From assembly GCA_951406725.2 (NCBI GenBank), contig OX597826.1:34224001-34288000 (forward strand): a DNA stretch of 64,000 nt. Reading direction: 5' to 3'. A program made the translations under genes and the position numbers. How positions within the stretch are numbered: position 1 is the stretch's first letter; each line of letters begins with the position of its first letter. Below are positions 49,609 through 64,000 of this stretch, in pieces. The notes beneath the pieces are model-generated. The model saw nothing but the letters and a program-made list of their open reading frames with translations. It did not search any database and was not told the origin of the DNA. The DNA is from Octopus vulgaris (lineage: Eukaryota).

Positions 49609-50327
49609 GCATGTTTGTGTCAGTTTGTGCTCTGCTGGAGGCAATGAATACAGAGTACATTGACACAATCGGCAAGCAATCAGTTCAGTAATTGGCCTCT
49701 GATTAAATATAACAAAATATATATATATAAATTATAAATAGGCTTAAAAGAGTAAATTCTATTTCCTGTGCAGGGTTTAAGAATTATAATTTTTATATTA
49801 TAAATCAAATCACGCAAGCACTTTCTAATTAAGTATTAAATAAATATGTCTATTGTTCAATCCTAAATTTATATTTCCCCTTTCCCCGATCCTAACTCTA
49901 CCTTTCTTGTTTCGCTTTTTAGCTGTCTCACTTAACATGCTTTCGCGTTTTCTGTTTTTTTCTTTTTACTTACCCCTAGCATCTTCTTCCTTCTTTCTTT
50001 TTCGCACTCTCCTTCTCTCTCTATCTCTTCTGCAACATCACTTTCTCAATAAATTTCAAGTATTTTATTCTACTTCTTTTTCTTCACGATCTGTTTCTCT
50101 TCTATTTGTTCAAATTCTATGACGATTCTTTCTCTTTCCATTCCTTCTTTTTCGTCCTCTGCTTTTCTGTCTCTTACTCATTCTTGTCATTTCACTTATA
50201 TTCTTCCTTCTCATATTCTCGAGTCCTTTCTTTTGTATTTCTTTGTTTCTTATATTCCTTTGCTTTATTCATTAGAACTACAATGCCCACATCATCACCC
50301 CAGATCGTCCCCTACTTCTCTACCTAC

Positions 50328-50421
50328 TCATCATCTACATAATCATCATCATCATCATCATCCACAACCACATCATCATCATCATCAGCAGCAGCAGCAG
50401 CAGCAACGGCAGCAGCAGCAG
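50328..50421. repeat. (CAT)n/(CAG)n microsatellite
   Basis: Direct inspection. Confidence 0.9.
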
Positions 50422-52507
50422 TAAAAACAATTACAAACCAAATGACAATATAGTCATCATTTTCACCTATGCACAACACTGTATTAATGCATCTCGGTAA
50501 TTTATCCATCGTAATTAACATTTAGTACGAAAATTATTCCATATATGTAATTTACGATTTTCTGTAAAACAAACAAAAAAGCAAACAAAGCAAAGCAAAA
50601 CAAAACAATGCAGTATGTAAACATTTTGGATTAATTTACTATAATACTTGAATACATATTTAAATAAATTCCAAACAATATTCCATATTATTGTATGAAA
50701 CAGAATGAGATATTTTGATGAGGAGTTGTAGAATGATACGAATGGTTCTGTCTGATTCCATAAACACGCAAAAGAAGCAAAACAACTTGCTGAATATTCC
50801 GATATGAAATTGAATCATACTTTAGAACTATAAATTCTACATAAATTCTACATATTGTGACACCTATTTTAAATGGATGCGACATTAGCCATATTAAGCA
50901 GTTATTTATGATATATTTTTAATTCCATTTTGAAACAGTGTAAACATAATTTTCTTTTTTATTGTTTGCAAAAATAAATTCCTTTAAAACATCAACTGAA
51001 GAACATTTAGATTTTACAAGTGTCAATTTTGTACAAAGCATATAATTGTGTATTTTTTTTACTGAAGCAGTAGCAAACATCAGCACTTTGAAAATTCCTA
51101 AGGAAAGAAAGAACGATAGATAACAGTTGTTAGATTGACATGAAGTAATATATAAAACTGGAAGCAAAATAATTGGACAATAATGACAAGAATTCACAGT
51201 AAATTCTCTGTGAATCTAACGTAAGGATGCATATTTGTCAAAGTTAGAGGTGTGAAATGTTATTTAAGTGACAACCATAAGAAATACTGTGACAGTCGAT
51301 ACAGCAAATCTATTTTCATTCGAAATATCCACGAAGATAAGCAGTTATCTATGAGAAAAGCGTTTTACAGGATAATGTTCCTTCTCTGCTGATTATTGAG
51401 AAATTACATGTTTACCTCTACCATGTAATCATGAAGTATATTAAAGCAGAGACAATGGCTCCTATTATATCACGTGTTTGTCTAATTTATGTAGCACGAT
51501 GGCAACAAATCTATTTGCTTTTATACAGCATTCTCACGCAAGTACACACGCATATATGGATATTCGTGTTTAAAAGCGCACACATATATGAAAGCATACA
51601 TAAATGTTCACATACACAGTGAGATATATATGTACAGACATATACACATCTGTATGACCTCATGCCCAAATAGAAGCATATGGATACATTCTGGAAAACA
51701 AACATATGGAATCAGTAAATCACTTACGCACACAGACACACATATTAATACATGCAACAACCACATATTAACAAAATCATGCACATAAGATAGCACAAAC
51801 ACATATATATATATACGCACACACACAGATAATTGTGAAGATATGTATATAAATTGTGTGTGTGTATAAATATATATATTTATATTTATATATATATATG
51901 TAATGTATATATATATATATATGTTTATATATATATCCATCTATATCTACCTATATATGTATATCTCTCAATCTATCTGTCTGTCTGTGTCTAACTTTAT
52001 ATATCATAACACAAGTATAGATGAACTAATGCTTGAATTACATACACACACATGCACAAATACCCATACGCAGAAATATGATGCTCCTTCAAAACATTTA
52101 AAAATGGTGACTGTATTCTATATACTTACATGCTCCATTGTAAGGTAGCAGGTAACACTTCACTCTAAGTTTCCCCTCACTAATTAGGATTAGAATTGCA
52201 CATATACCATTATTAATCGAATAGAATTTCTTCTCAAAGTTTGTAAGAACATTCTGACATTGGAGCAATCAAGTAGAAAAGCGATGATGTCTTCAATATA
52301 TTTTATATCACAATTGTTGCTGCTTAACACAAGGAATAACATTGTTCAGTAAAGACATAATAAAACGCATCCTGGCTGAAACTAACGCCATTGCTTCAAT
52401 ATGAGTAACTGTTTACTTGAAATATCCTCCTCTGTGTGAAGATGACGTAAACATTACTTTATTTAAGACGAATAAATATTCTCAGAGTCCTGAAATTGTT
52501 CCAATTA

Positions 52508-52712
52508 AGGCGGCGAGAAGACGGAATCGTTAGCACGTCGGGCAAAATGTTTAGCGGTATTGTCTGTCTTTAATTTCTGAATCCAAATTTCACCGGGGTT
52601 GACTTTGCCATTCCTCCTTTCGGGGTCAATAAAATAGACACTAGTTGAAAACTGGGATCGATGGATTTGACTTAATTCGTCTCTGAAATTACTGTCCTTT
52701 TGCCAAAATTGT
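52508..52712 (+). mobile_element. SINE family B
   Basis: ggcggcgagaagacggaatcgttagcacg...gactttgccattcctcctttcggggtcaataaaata. Confidence 0.85.
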
Positions 52713-52814
52713 TACGCCCTAAGTCGATTTGCTTAACATAATTTCGACCGTCAATAAATAAAATAGCAGTTTAGGACCATTGACCTGCAGAAATGGTACT
52801 GTTTTTTTTTTACT

Positions 52815-53018
52815 CTAGGCACATGGCCCGAAATTTTGGAGGAGGATTCCAGTCGATTAGATCGACCCCAGTATGCAACTGGTACTTAATTTATCGACCC
52901 GGTAGGGATGAAAGGCAAAGTCGACCTCGGCGGAATTTGAACTCAGAATGTGAAGCCAGACGAAATAATGCTAAGCATTTCGCCCGGCGTGCTGATATTT
53001 CTGCCAGCTCGCCACCTT
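52815..53018 (-). mobile_element. SINE family B
   Basis: atcgaccccagtatgcaactggtacttaatttatcgaccc...ggatgaaaggcaaagtcgacctcggcggaatttgaactcag...ctgccagctcgccacc. Confidence 0.92.
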
Positions 53019-53238
53019 CAGAAATGTTAATGTTGCGAGACGAGATATTTTGTATTATCTATTCTAGTTATTATCCCTGCTTTTGGGATTTTTTTTTGCA
53101 TTCTGTTTCAAATCACTCGTAGATGCTAATGTCACCGAGTAATCTCACGAACATGAGACATCCCAGTTCAACCCACAATTCACTAACTTGGTCACGTAGC
53201 TATGTATATATCAGAAAACTCATATACATACAAACGCA

Positions 53239-53246
53239 TCTATCTG

Positions 53247-53328
<82 letters not shown>
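53239..53328. repeat. (TATC)n microsatellite
   Basis: Direct inspection. Confidence 0.95.
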
Positions 53329-53426
53329 GCTCTCTCTATATATATGTGAGTGTGTTTTAGCATGTACTTATATGTGGCGTCATACATCTTTTTAACATCT
53401 CTCCATTTATAAATTCATACGTGCAA

Positions 53427-53472
<46 letters not shown>

Positions 53473-54683
53473 TCAGTCCTGTACTCACGTACACTCATAC
53501 ATATGTATACAGAAACGTACATGTCTTTCCATCGATTGACAAGCAAATGGCGTTATAAACGAATAACATTGTTTAATTTATACATTTATGTACTTTGATT
53601 TACAAGCCCCATATATACATACATGTTGTTGAAATTTATAGAAAAACAAAAACCGAAGACAGGTCTATGAACAACAAGCAGCTGTATTGGTTTGACCCTC
53701 GGGAAAATGAAAAAGTCTTGTACGTTTCGAGCCTACCCACTGCAACGGAAAGAAATAAGAGAAAAGAAACAGAGACAGTGGGAAAAAATACAACTTGTGG
53801 ATTTTTGCGGGCAAGCATGGCACATATATATATATGTGTGTGTGCGCGCTCGTTCGTGTTTACGTGTGTATACATGCATATACATACATACATGCAAGCG
53901 CACCAAAAACGTAACTCCATATACATGGATATGCACATGCAGACAAAAATAAATTATAAATTGTTGGAATATATAGCTGTAAGATTCGTATTCAATAGCC
54001 AGGGTTCTCTTCGTCCATTGAGATGGACACACGGGGTGGAGAGATAGTTATGATTCCTATGGTAACGGAAATTCCATACCATTACTACATTAGTATTTAA
54101 CGCAGTAGATTTGGTTGGGTATACTACAAAACTTTCTGATACCTATAACATGGCGTACAAGTTGTTAATCTTTGTCAGTCAATCTCTGAACAGATGACGA
54201 TGTAATGTGCTTATGGTTTCCTTTTGCAAAAAGTTTTATTGTTGATGAAATATGTGTTAGGTGGATGGTAAGATGCATAGAATAGCCGTAAAAATATATT
54301 TCAATGCTTATATATATATATATATATATGTATAATTTCATCAGATGGGAAAGGTAACTCTGGGTATGTTTTAGTCGTATTAGAACTCATCAGCAACGTT
54401 TAGAACTCATCACTGTAAAATCCAAACCAAAGAAGAGATAATCAGTAACTGGATTTGCAATATTATAGAGGTGTAGGTGTGATAAATTATTACAAATCAC
54501 AAGGGTTAATATCCCATAGAGTAATTAGCATTCAAGCATTTAACCTCATTGATTTATATTTCTAGAGGAATGTACAAGATTGGCTGTCTTCCATGCAGCT
54601 ATTCATTTTCAATCTGAAATGTCATGTGAATCTCAGAATCATTTAGGTTTGCAATTCTAAAGATTGTTATAGAATTCCCTATC

Positions 54684-54969
<286 letters not shown>

Positions 54970-56265
54970 CGCTCTCAACTGAATGAGGAGAATCACATTG
55001 TTTCCAACACTTTGAATGAAATTACGAAATTACTGATTTTACATAATTTTATGCACATTAAGAAATCAATTGGATAATTTCAGACATATCTTTTCCTACA
55101 TCAATCCTTATCAAAATTAGCAATATTCTATTTAAAATTAATTTTCTATTTTAGAATAATCACTTATACATTATTACGATATGTTTATACGTGGCTTAAG
55201 AGTTAAGCATATAAGGAAGACGTAGAACTTTTGCTCGTAGTCACCTTTGTGACAAAGAATTAACCACAGGTGAGCCGTGCAATGACTTCGAACAATATGC
55301 TCTTCGTAAGGTTGAGCTTAAATATGCAAAACGTCATGTAAGTGATGGGTATTTTAGGGGGTCAGCAACAGCGACATACAATAGGGGTAGAAACGATAGG
55401 AAAAATACCATAAAAAGAAAAGTATACGGAAGCAATTATCACGTCTACAATCATCCACCTCTGCTAGGAATCTCATGAAATTACAATGCAAAGGAATTGC
55501 AATCGATCATTTTTCCATAGGACTTTGTAAATTGAAGCATGCTTATGAGATGGACCGTCAGAAAAATGGAGTGTGTATATAATACGTTGCTAGTGAGCAT
55601 CACCTCACCGGAATATAAGATGCTGTAAATTTACTAGCACATGAACGTTGGCCATTCTCAAACACAATAACTCCCATGTTTCTTACCAGAGCTTCGAGAA
55701 CCCGAGAGGTCTTGCATTTTAACGCAGAGGTCATGGAAACAAGCAGAAGCCAAGTTCATGTGATTCCTTGAACAAATACAGATAAGGGATATCATCCGTG
55801 AATTGTTAGGATGGATTAAGAGATTTGTCTACACACAAACACACAAACACAACACACACTCGCACACACACAAACACACACATACACACACACACGCAAA
55901 TTTATAAAAAAAAAATACTCGGTAATGTTTAGTACATTGCGTTAATGCTTATGTTTTCCAATGTTTTAAAGTAACTTTACATATTCCTTGCATATTTTTG
56001 AATTAGCAATAGGAAAGGCATTTTTTTCTTGTACAACATCACATATTTGTCAGGATGCAATATCACCAATTTCTTGGAATCCACTACGTACCCATTAATT
56101 ATTTCATCCCGCATTCATTTGATCCAATATATCACCATTTTCACCATTAATGATTATTTTGACGTTACTCAAGAACAACGACCAAGCGTAGAAATGTCTG
56201 CTCGGTTCAGTGACCAGATATAATTGGCAGTCGAATCTTCTTCAAATAATAACCCTACCCAGTTG

Positions 56266-56301
<36 letters not shown>

Positions 56302-56894
56302 CTATCTCTGTCACGCACATACAAACACACACACAATTTCAAAGCGGAAGATACATATTTGCTATCCAAGAACAAGGAGGAATGATTTTTGTCTTCGCTT
56401 TCGCATTCATTATTTCATGTATAACTTATGCTTTCTCCGTTGAATTTCTTTTTTTTATTTTCAAGTGTATCTGATGAAATCATTTGCCTGGTAAACGTCC
56501 AATATGTGTGTGAGTGTATGTATGTAGTATATATTTATTTTCATATCTGTCAATCTGTATATGTACATTAGGAATTAAAGGTGTATATGTCCATGAATTT
56601 CTTAACAACACAGTAATAGATGCATAGGACATATTCATGGCATCATGATTCGAAGAAAACTATATGTTGATGAAGTGAAGAACTTACGACTTCAGGGACA
56701 ATTTTAGTGTGAAAAATGTATGAAATTCCATAAATAATTATATGCACATATTCCAAAATGATGGAAATACCTTACAGGTGCATGTGTGTGTGTTTGTATA
56801 CATATATTTATGCTAATGTATGTATGTGTACATATAAATATACATACACACACACACATATATATATATACCTATCTATCTATCTATCTATCTA

Positions 56895-56982
<88 letters not shown>

Positions 56983-57338
56983 GAGATACACAAACACATA
57001 TTCATAAACATGGGCATGCACGATCGTTCTGGCATAAGATAATTGAAGTAATGATCAATCTATGGTATATCGCAAGGTCTTGCAAAACTCCAGGGCTAAT
57101 GCAAGGGAGATAACCAATAAAATATACTCATCAGCAAACACCTCTGATCTGCGAAATAATTTTGAAATACCGTTCAGTAATGTGTAACCTCAAGTATTCT
57201 CGTCCAAAATGGAAACGTGTACCAACACTTCCTTCTTTAATCAAAATGTAAAAAATATAATTATAGTATTTATCAACCAATACTATGTTAAGCACTCATT
57301 CTCACTAATCGATATTAGCGCGTATATATATATATATA

Positions 57339-57655
57339 TTATATAATTAGGGCTTAGTAAAATAAAATAAATTACTTTGCCACATACTGAACTTAGTAGA
57401 AATAGCAGCCCCAAAAATTTTTTTTAGCCGTTTCTACTACTTAAAGAAAATTTCTCTCTTTTCTTTAAGTAGTAGAAACGGCTAAAAAAATTTTTTTTGG
57501 CTGCTATTTCTACTAAGTTCAGTATGTGGCAAAGTAATTTATTTTAATTTACTAAGCCCTAATTATATAATGTAATATTTTGAATTCGCCTTAAATGGTC
57601 CTTTTACATACTGAACACTTGGTGAAATTGATTAATTAATTTTACCCTCAATTGT

Positions 57656-57658
<3 letters not shown>
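57339..57658. mobile_element. Fold-back element related to the 18.2/20.1-kb family, no HHR retained
   Basis: 112-bp arms 57339-57450 / 57459-57570 with an 8-nt loop, then a tail; ttcagtatgtggc...taagccct...ggtccttttacatactg parallels ttcagtatattggc...ttagccct...ggttcttttaatatactg at 20659-20746; TA tracts on both sides. Confidence 0.85.
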
Positions 57659-57692
<34 letters not shown>

Positions 57693-57719
57693 TAGATAGA
57701 TAGACAGACAGAGACCAGA

Positions 57720-57720
57720 C

Positions 57721-57798
<78 letters not shown>

Positions 57799-57812
57799 AT
57801 AAATAGATAGAT
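57720..57812. repeat. (AGAT)n microsatellite
   Basis: Direct inspection. Confidence 0.95.
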
Positions 57813-60800
57813 AGGCGTGTTGTGTTAATTTTATATGTCGCAATAAAATATTTTACAAAATACATGTCGATAAAAATGTGCAAGAATGATATCTGCACTG
57901 CACTGGATATGATTAAGCATTTCGATTGTCGAGATGTGCTCCAGTATGCCTTCCCTCTAATAATAGAAAACTGCCAAATATATAAAATCACAAACACGCA
58001 CACACACACATACCCATACCCATACATACACACACACATATATACCTACCTGTGTGTTTATGTGTGCCTGCATGTGCGTGTGCATGTGTTCGTGTTCGAG
58101 CGAGAGTGCATGTGACCGTGCGTATGGGGGGGGGGCGTGACCTTATATATTTTGGGCAAAGGAAACGTACGTAACTTTAGACAAGTGGGTGGATATGATA
58201 AATATACGATCAAAGGAAATATTTGTTACTGTTTAAAAGTATATATGTTATTATATTACTATTAAATTTTATATTTTATTATCATATTATGTACAAATAT
58301 ACGTCGCTGTACATTTTACCTCTCTTTGATTACATTTCTTATTGATTTTACTAAAATTATTGAACCACAAGTAATAATTTTTCTGGACTTCCAAATTTTA
58401 TTGTAATCAATAATTGCAAACCTATAATCAGTTACAAAAATACAATTTACAAAGGTTTTGAAATTACTATTTACCAATCAGTATCCTTTTTTTTTTTTGC
58501 ACTCACGGTTCCACATAACTCTGTAAGTGATTAATGCCTTCACTTCAATTGATCCCAGATTGTGCCGAATAATTGCTTTTGCCGTCTTCTACTTGATCCT
58601 GTGTTCCGCTATTTCCGTCATATATAAATTATACTTAGGTTAACTACAGTAACGAAGAAATATCTACACGGGGGACGATGTGTTCGATTAAATTCTACAA
58701 GGTCTACTCCAGCCTGACAGCAGTCAAACAACAAACTAAAGTAAAAGATAAATGATAGGAGGTCCGTTTTTTGACGACCCCGAAGTCTACGTGAATATAT
58801 CTATTTAGTATCAGTTTTTATCTAATTCCAAGTCTTTTAATACCTGCAAGTTGGACCGCCATGGTGATATGTAAGGAGTCGTAATCTATTAAGATTATCT
58901 ATCAACAATGTATTAAAGATTATCTCTTGGGAAAAGAAACCTATATATCAAGCACATTCATCAGCAAACAACCAGATTCTTAAGCCTGGCTAAAAAGATT
59001 AATAGAATAACAATGAGATGAGAATAATCGTGGCCTTAATACTATGTGCCGTTTTCTTATTATCTGCAACTCACTGTTGCAATTATATTTCCAGTTTACA
59101 TTGACGAGTAAAGCAAATAATTGAAGTTTCAAACGTTAAAGGATTGTTTACAGCTGGCTTGTTGCTGTTCGGAAATAGAGTCGACTCTGCATAAGCATAT
59201 ATTTATAAAAACAACAGCGTTGCAAAAAAGATAAATACAGAAGAAAGTGTAGAGAATTGCCGACAGCGAATTTATTAAACAATGAAAGCAATGACTTTTA
59301 TGTGACTCTGTCAGGTAAAATTGGTGAAGGAATAACATATAGCAGAAGACCTCTAGCAGGTGGAGACAGATGCTAAAACAAACTTTCAAGAAAGCTGAGT
59401 TGTTATTGTAGGTGTTATCTTTAGCATTATTACAAACGTAGAGAAGAGGACGACTAAAATACATTATGCTGTTCGCTTCTCATTGTTAAACTAGAATGTT
59501 GGAGTGAACGTGGCTCGAGAATGTTTAAATAATTTCGAAAGAAAACAGAAGAATATGTCTTTCTTATTATATCTTACATACGTCCTAGAAATAACAAACC
59601 GCCAGAACAAGTTCTACAATCAATCTTCACATCCAGACAAATTCTGTACGTTTCTCTTTTTCCCTGGTAATAGTTTCTCATCGATGTATTAGTGAGTTCT
59701 TTGTCCTCAGTGTTATAGACTAAATCCTGAATGTTCTTTCTAATTGTAAGTATTCAGTTGAAAAAAATGTTACATGTTTTATCAAGTTTAAAGAGTAATA
59801 ATTCTGTTGTTGTTGTCTGCCCCCAAACTCAGCCGCCGTTAGTAGTCCTTCGATGAATGGTGTATATAATAAATAAAGTCTGAAATATTAGTCGTGTTTG
59901 GTATTTGGGTATATATTCAGGATAATATCATGACAATAATATTATTCCTTGATCATCTATGAATGACACAGTACTATGACTGAAAGAGCTTTAAATGAAA
60001 CTCACTCACTGAAAGACATATTGTATTATATACATGAATATAGTGTGTCATGCTTGCTCTCATCAAATACATACAGTTCAAAGACATTTTACTCGTGATC
60101 TTCCAGTGTATACTTTCTAACAGCATCTACTTTAAAAAGTTTAGACATAATTTAAAGGCGATTCGGCTTCCATATTTGTCAGGCTCTCTAAGTGTCTGCT
60201 AGATATGGAATATATGTAAAAGCTCAAGAGATCTTGGATTAAGTGTAAAAATTCGAAAGATGTATCTCTAACAAGAAGAATGACTTACCAAAATCACATT
60301 TGTCACTGGACTGATTTTAATGACATTATTCCGCCAATGATATATTGCCAAGTTTTGTGTTTGAGTTGTGGATGAATAAGCATAACACTTTATTTCTGTT
60401 ACATATTGATAATATTCTCATGTAATTCATCTATATTTTAATCCCACGCAATTACGAAAACCAAACACTGAAAACCCCTGTAACGGTGCCCAACTACCAG
60501 ATGCTTTTAAAACCCTAAGTACAGTCGGTTTTCTCATAGTCTTAACTTCTGTTGTTCCACAGGTTTTGTAATTGATTGCGTTTAAATGTGGGGTCCGTGT
60601 TGTGCAAAAATTAATCCACTACAAACAAATGCATGGGCAGACTTTTTCGACTCAGAACCCTACTGAGTTTAGGAAGTTGACCCCCACCGTATATATTTAT
60701 ATATATCCGTATGATAATGTAGAAACGCACGTACATACATTGAGACACAAATGGAGAACCACGTGTACGTGCACACACATGAATATTAAAGTTTTTAGTG

Positions 60801-62377
60801 CAACATTTGAAAATATTTTGCTGCAAACGTGTGAATATCATCTAGACGTCTTTGGAATATAATTTGGTTTATATGCATACAAAATTCGAATTGCATGATA
60901 TTCGTAGTATATGCAAAGTGGATTCCAAACATATAATTTGAGAGTAAAAAGTAGACATGCATTTAATCTGAAATTTGAAAAATAGCTTCACGTAAATGTG
61001 TGTATGTCATAAACTCTAGTGGAATACAACTGTATCAGCATTTAGTTCCTCTTCTTCACCGGCTGTAAGGAAATTTGAGCAAATGGATGGCAATGTACGA
61101 AAAAAGCGATGTATTATAGACAACATTCTCAACGTCCAGAAGTGAGCTGCACCCAGTGTATCGTAAATAGCAGGAAAATAAAACTAGTTTTGTCATTTCT
61201 TTCTAGTTTTATAAATACAGCAATTTAACGATAGGAATTGGAAAAGACTTTAAAAAGGAAATATTTTCTACTCAACTAGATATATTTGATAAAGAGGTTG
61301 TTTTTATTGTTGAAAAACAAATGAATTTTAACATAATTTGCAGTTGTTTTAAAGAAACAAAAAAAAAATGAGTACAATGAAAGTACAAAAGAAAAACAAA
61401 GTAAATTTGCATGTAATTTTATTATAGTGAAATATTTCCGCAATTATGTTAGCATTTTCTTTCAAAACTTTATTGATATCTTCAGACATTTTAAAACAAA
61501 CGAAATATAAATATTAGTTGAAGCAAAATCTAAGAAAACGAAATGAATATTCAAATAATTTCACCATCTAATAATATATTACTTTCCATTCTAGTGTGAA
61601 TTTATTGTCATTTGGAAATAACAATTATCTCTGTTATATAGTTATACGTTACAATTCTACTCTAAATTTGTATATTCAGAGAAAAACTAATTTTATTCAA
61701 AGACCCATACATCCCGTCACAGCAGACAGACAATCACACACCAAGTCCATACCATTCTTGCTTATGATGCTAGTACTTTTCTTTCTCCATCCTTTTCACT
61801 AAAAATCTATAATACTTTCTCTCTTCCTCTCCACCTCATATACCTTCTTTTATGTATTATATTTCTCCGGGCTATCTGTTTTCTTATATTTCTCAAAAAT
61901 AGTCTTTATGCTAATTTATATTCTTAGAGGAAACCAAGCATGAACATTTTGAATTATTTCTTTTTTTGGCATATTTTGCTTATTTTTTGTCGACATTTTA
62001 AATTGATCCCCCATTTTACAGCCATAATTATAAAGCAATAAAAATTGTGATTTAGTTGAAAAATGAATTATTCAGAAGAATTACGTTTTCCAATTTAAAA
62101 CACAAACAAACGAAAAACAAAACAAAACAAATGAATAAGAGTAAATGTTATGACAACAATAACAAAAACAACAACGACAGAAATTGTTATAACAGTAAAC
62201 AGACAACAGTAACAATAAAACGGAACGTAAGAATAGTATGAACACCAAATACGGCAGCAGCGAAAACAACAACAAATGCCATAACAAGAACACAAAAACA
62301 AAAAAACAATAACAAGAAGAGTATAAAGAAGAAGAACAACAATAACAACATCAACGATAATGATGATGATGATAGTA

Positions 62378-62385
62378 ACAATAAC

Positions 62386-62448
<63 letters not shown>
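62378..62448. repeat. (AAT)n microsatellite
   Basis: Direct inspection. Confidence 0.95.
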
Positions 62449-62451
<3 letters not shown>

Positions 62452-64000
62452 GGATCTACGTGACTAGAACTGAATTATACTAAATATAATGAAACTGGAA
62501 TATGTTTTAGGACTTATTTCAGGAACATACCATCGTACTTAAGAATATTACGAATATTTAATGCAACAATTTAGAAACAAAAAAAAATCTTCCAAGGCAG
62601 AATGACAGAAAAGGAAATAATTTTAGAAAATATCTTGCGTTAATTTAATGGCTTCAACTATATTTTGCATTCCAAGAGAAATTTTGGTAGTCTGACCAAT
62701 TATATAAGATATCACATTATTGGAATTACGGGTCACTAGTATATTTCTATTGCTGACATTCCATTGCATTTTAGCGCAGGCAACTTAATGCTATATGATG
62801 CTTTATACATTATTTCCAAATAGAAATGATAAATTCAACGAAGTGATTTAATTCTGACAAACTATCAACTTAACTTGAAGGACATTCCAATGTCGTTTCC
62901 ATCACAGCCTTATCAAATCCTGAATTAAATTATAGATTGCTGAAGCTTTGAGAATGATCAAGGTGACATGTTTAACATACGACATAGTCAGTTTGGTTTT
63001 AAATCCAATTCCGTAACAGATTTGACAAAAGACTACAAATGATTTTAAAGTAATTTTAGTTTAGTTGAAACAAGATATTTCTTTTGTATTCCTGACACAG
63101 AGAAAGAAGGGCCGGAATTGTAATTCTTTATAATTTTATATTTCATACATTTACATATATATTCGGACCATCATGTCCTCGTGAACGGTATTAAGAGACG
63201 AGAAAATTCCCTTCAAACTGGAGAACTGGAGTAAATGCCTACAAATAACTGGACTCTACTAAAGGTGTCCAATAACCAGGTAAATCTGCTGAATCGAAGA
63301 ACAGATTAATCATATTACTCAATAATCAGAGAATAAATCCTACAAAACATCTCATCTCCAAGCATCTTTGAATTGGAAAGCAGAAAGGAGAATGAATAGC
63401 AAAGTTGGTTTCCGTGCGATTTGCATAAAATACACGAAAAGTGAGACCGAAATATACGAGTTACTTTTTGCCTTGTCTGACTCCATTTATGTCACATACT
63501 CTCTTATTCTGTGACTGTTGTTTCATCTAATTTTATCCTTCTTCATTTGTAGCCGTTTCCATTGCCCAATCTTATATGGATATAATATGGGAATTGAGGA
63601 AATTTGACAAAATCATTAACATTCGACTAGATTGCGAAAACGGGCAACAGCAGTCCAATATTTGGCAGTGAGATCCTGACCAGCCGTGAGTTTCTACTGT
63701 CTGGACCTGTGCTAAATTAATATAATCTATGAGTGCTCTAGTGACAAGAGGTTGTAAATCAATGATTAAGTTGTTGGCGTTTTGTACAAGCAAGTTTCAG
63801 TCAGAGACATGCACCATATGAACAAGATTTGCCACTTAGCTACTGCGTAATATAAACATAAATAAAACTAAGCAGAAATGTAGCCGAGTAAGAGTTACAT
63901 GGAAAAAACTGATGATAAGACTTGACCTCAGCCCTGAAATGTGCCAAAAGTTCAAACCAATATCAATGATAATAGTTACCAAATGGATTTCATTCCAGAA

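Noticed and set aside
56472-56502. ctgatga...aaacgtc as a hammerhead
   Set aside because: Lacks the G of GAAA and has no stem I; other ctgatga hits (23997, 28160, 28524, 42039) also lack the fold
59018-59104. Signal-peptide-like mini ORF MRIIVALILCAVFLLSATHCCNYISSLH*
   Set aside because: Only 28 codons, no good splice donor; hydrophobic mini-ORFs arise by chance in AT-rich DNA

Overview
AT-rich, repeat-dominated eukaryotic DNA, intergenic or intronic, most consistent with an octopus (cephalopod) genome judging by its SINE families and dense (TA)n/(TG)n/(AGAT)n/trinucleotide microsatellites. I can support no intact host gene; most ORF-track entries are translated microsatellites. Contents: three tRNA-derived SINE families (about 25 copies), a decayed R4/Dong-type RLE LINE split by a Helentron/HINE-like insertion, Tc1/mariner remnants and MITEs, and a short non-autonomous Helitron. 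Two items stand out. (1) A set of non-coding elements, most sitting in (TA)n tracts, that carry type I hammerhead ribozyme folds (six HHR motifs at four loci). They occur as a ~500-bp direct repeat or as long near-perfect fold-backs and look like Penelope pLTR/retrozyme-type elements. (2) A 2.27-kb retroelement with a 15-bp TSD that encodes only an L1/Tx1-like ORF1 (half-L1-like) and is inserted in the tRNA-derived head of a SINE. Coordinates of decayed repeats are approximate, and family names come from motif recognition, not database searches.
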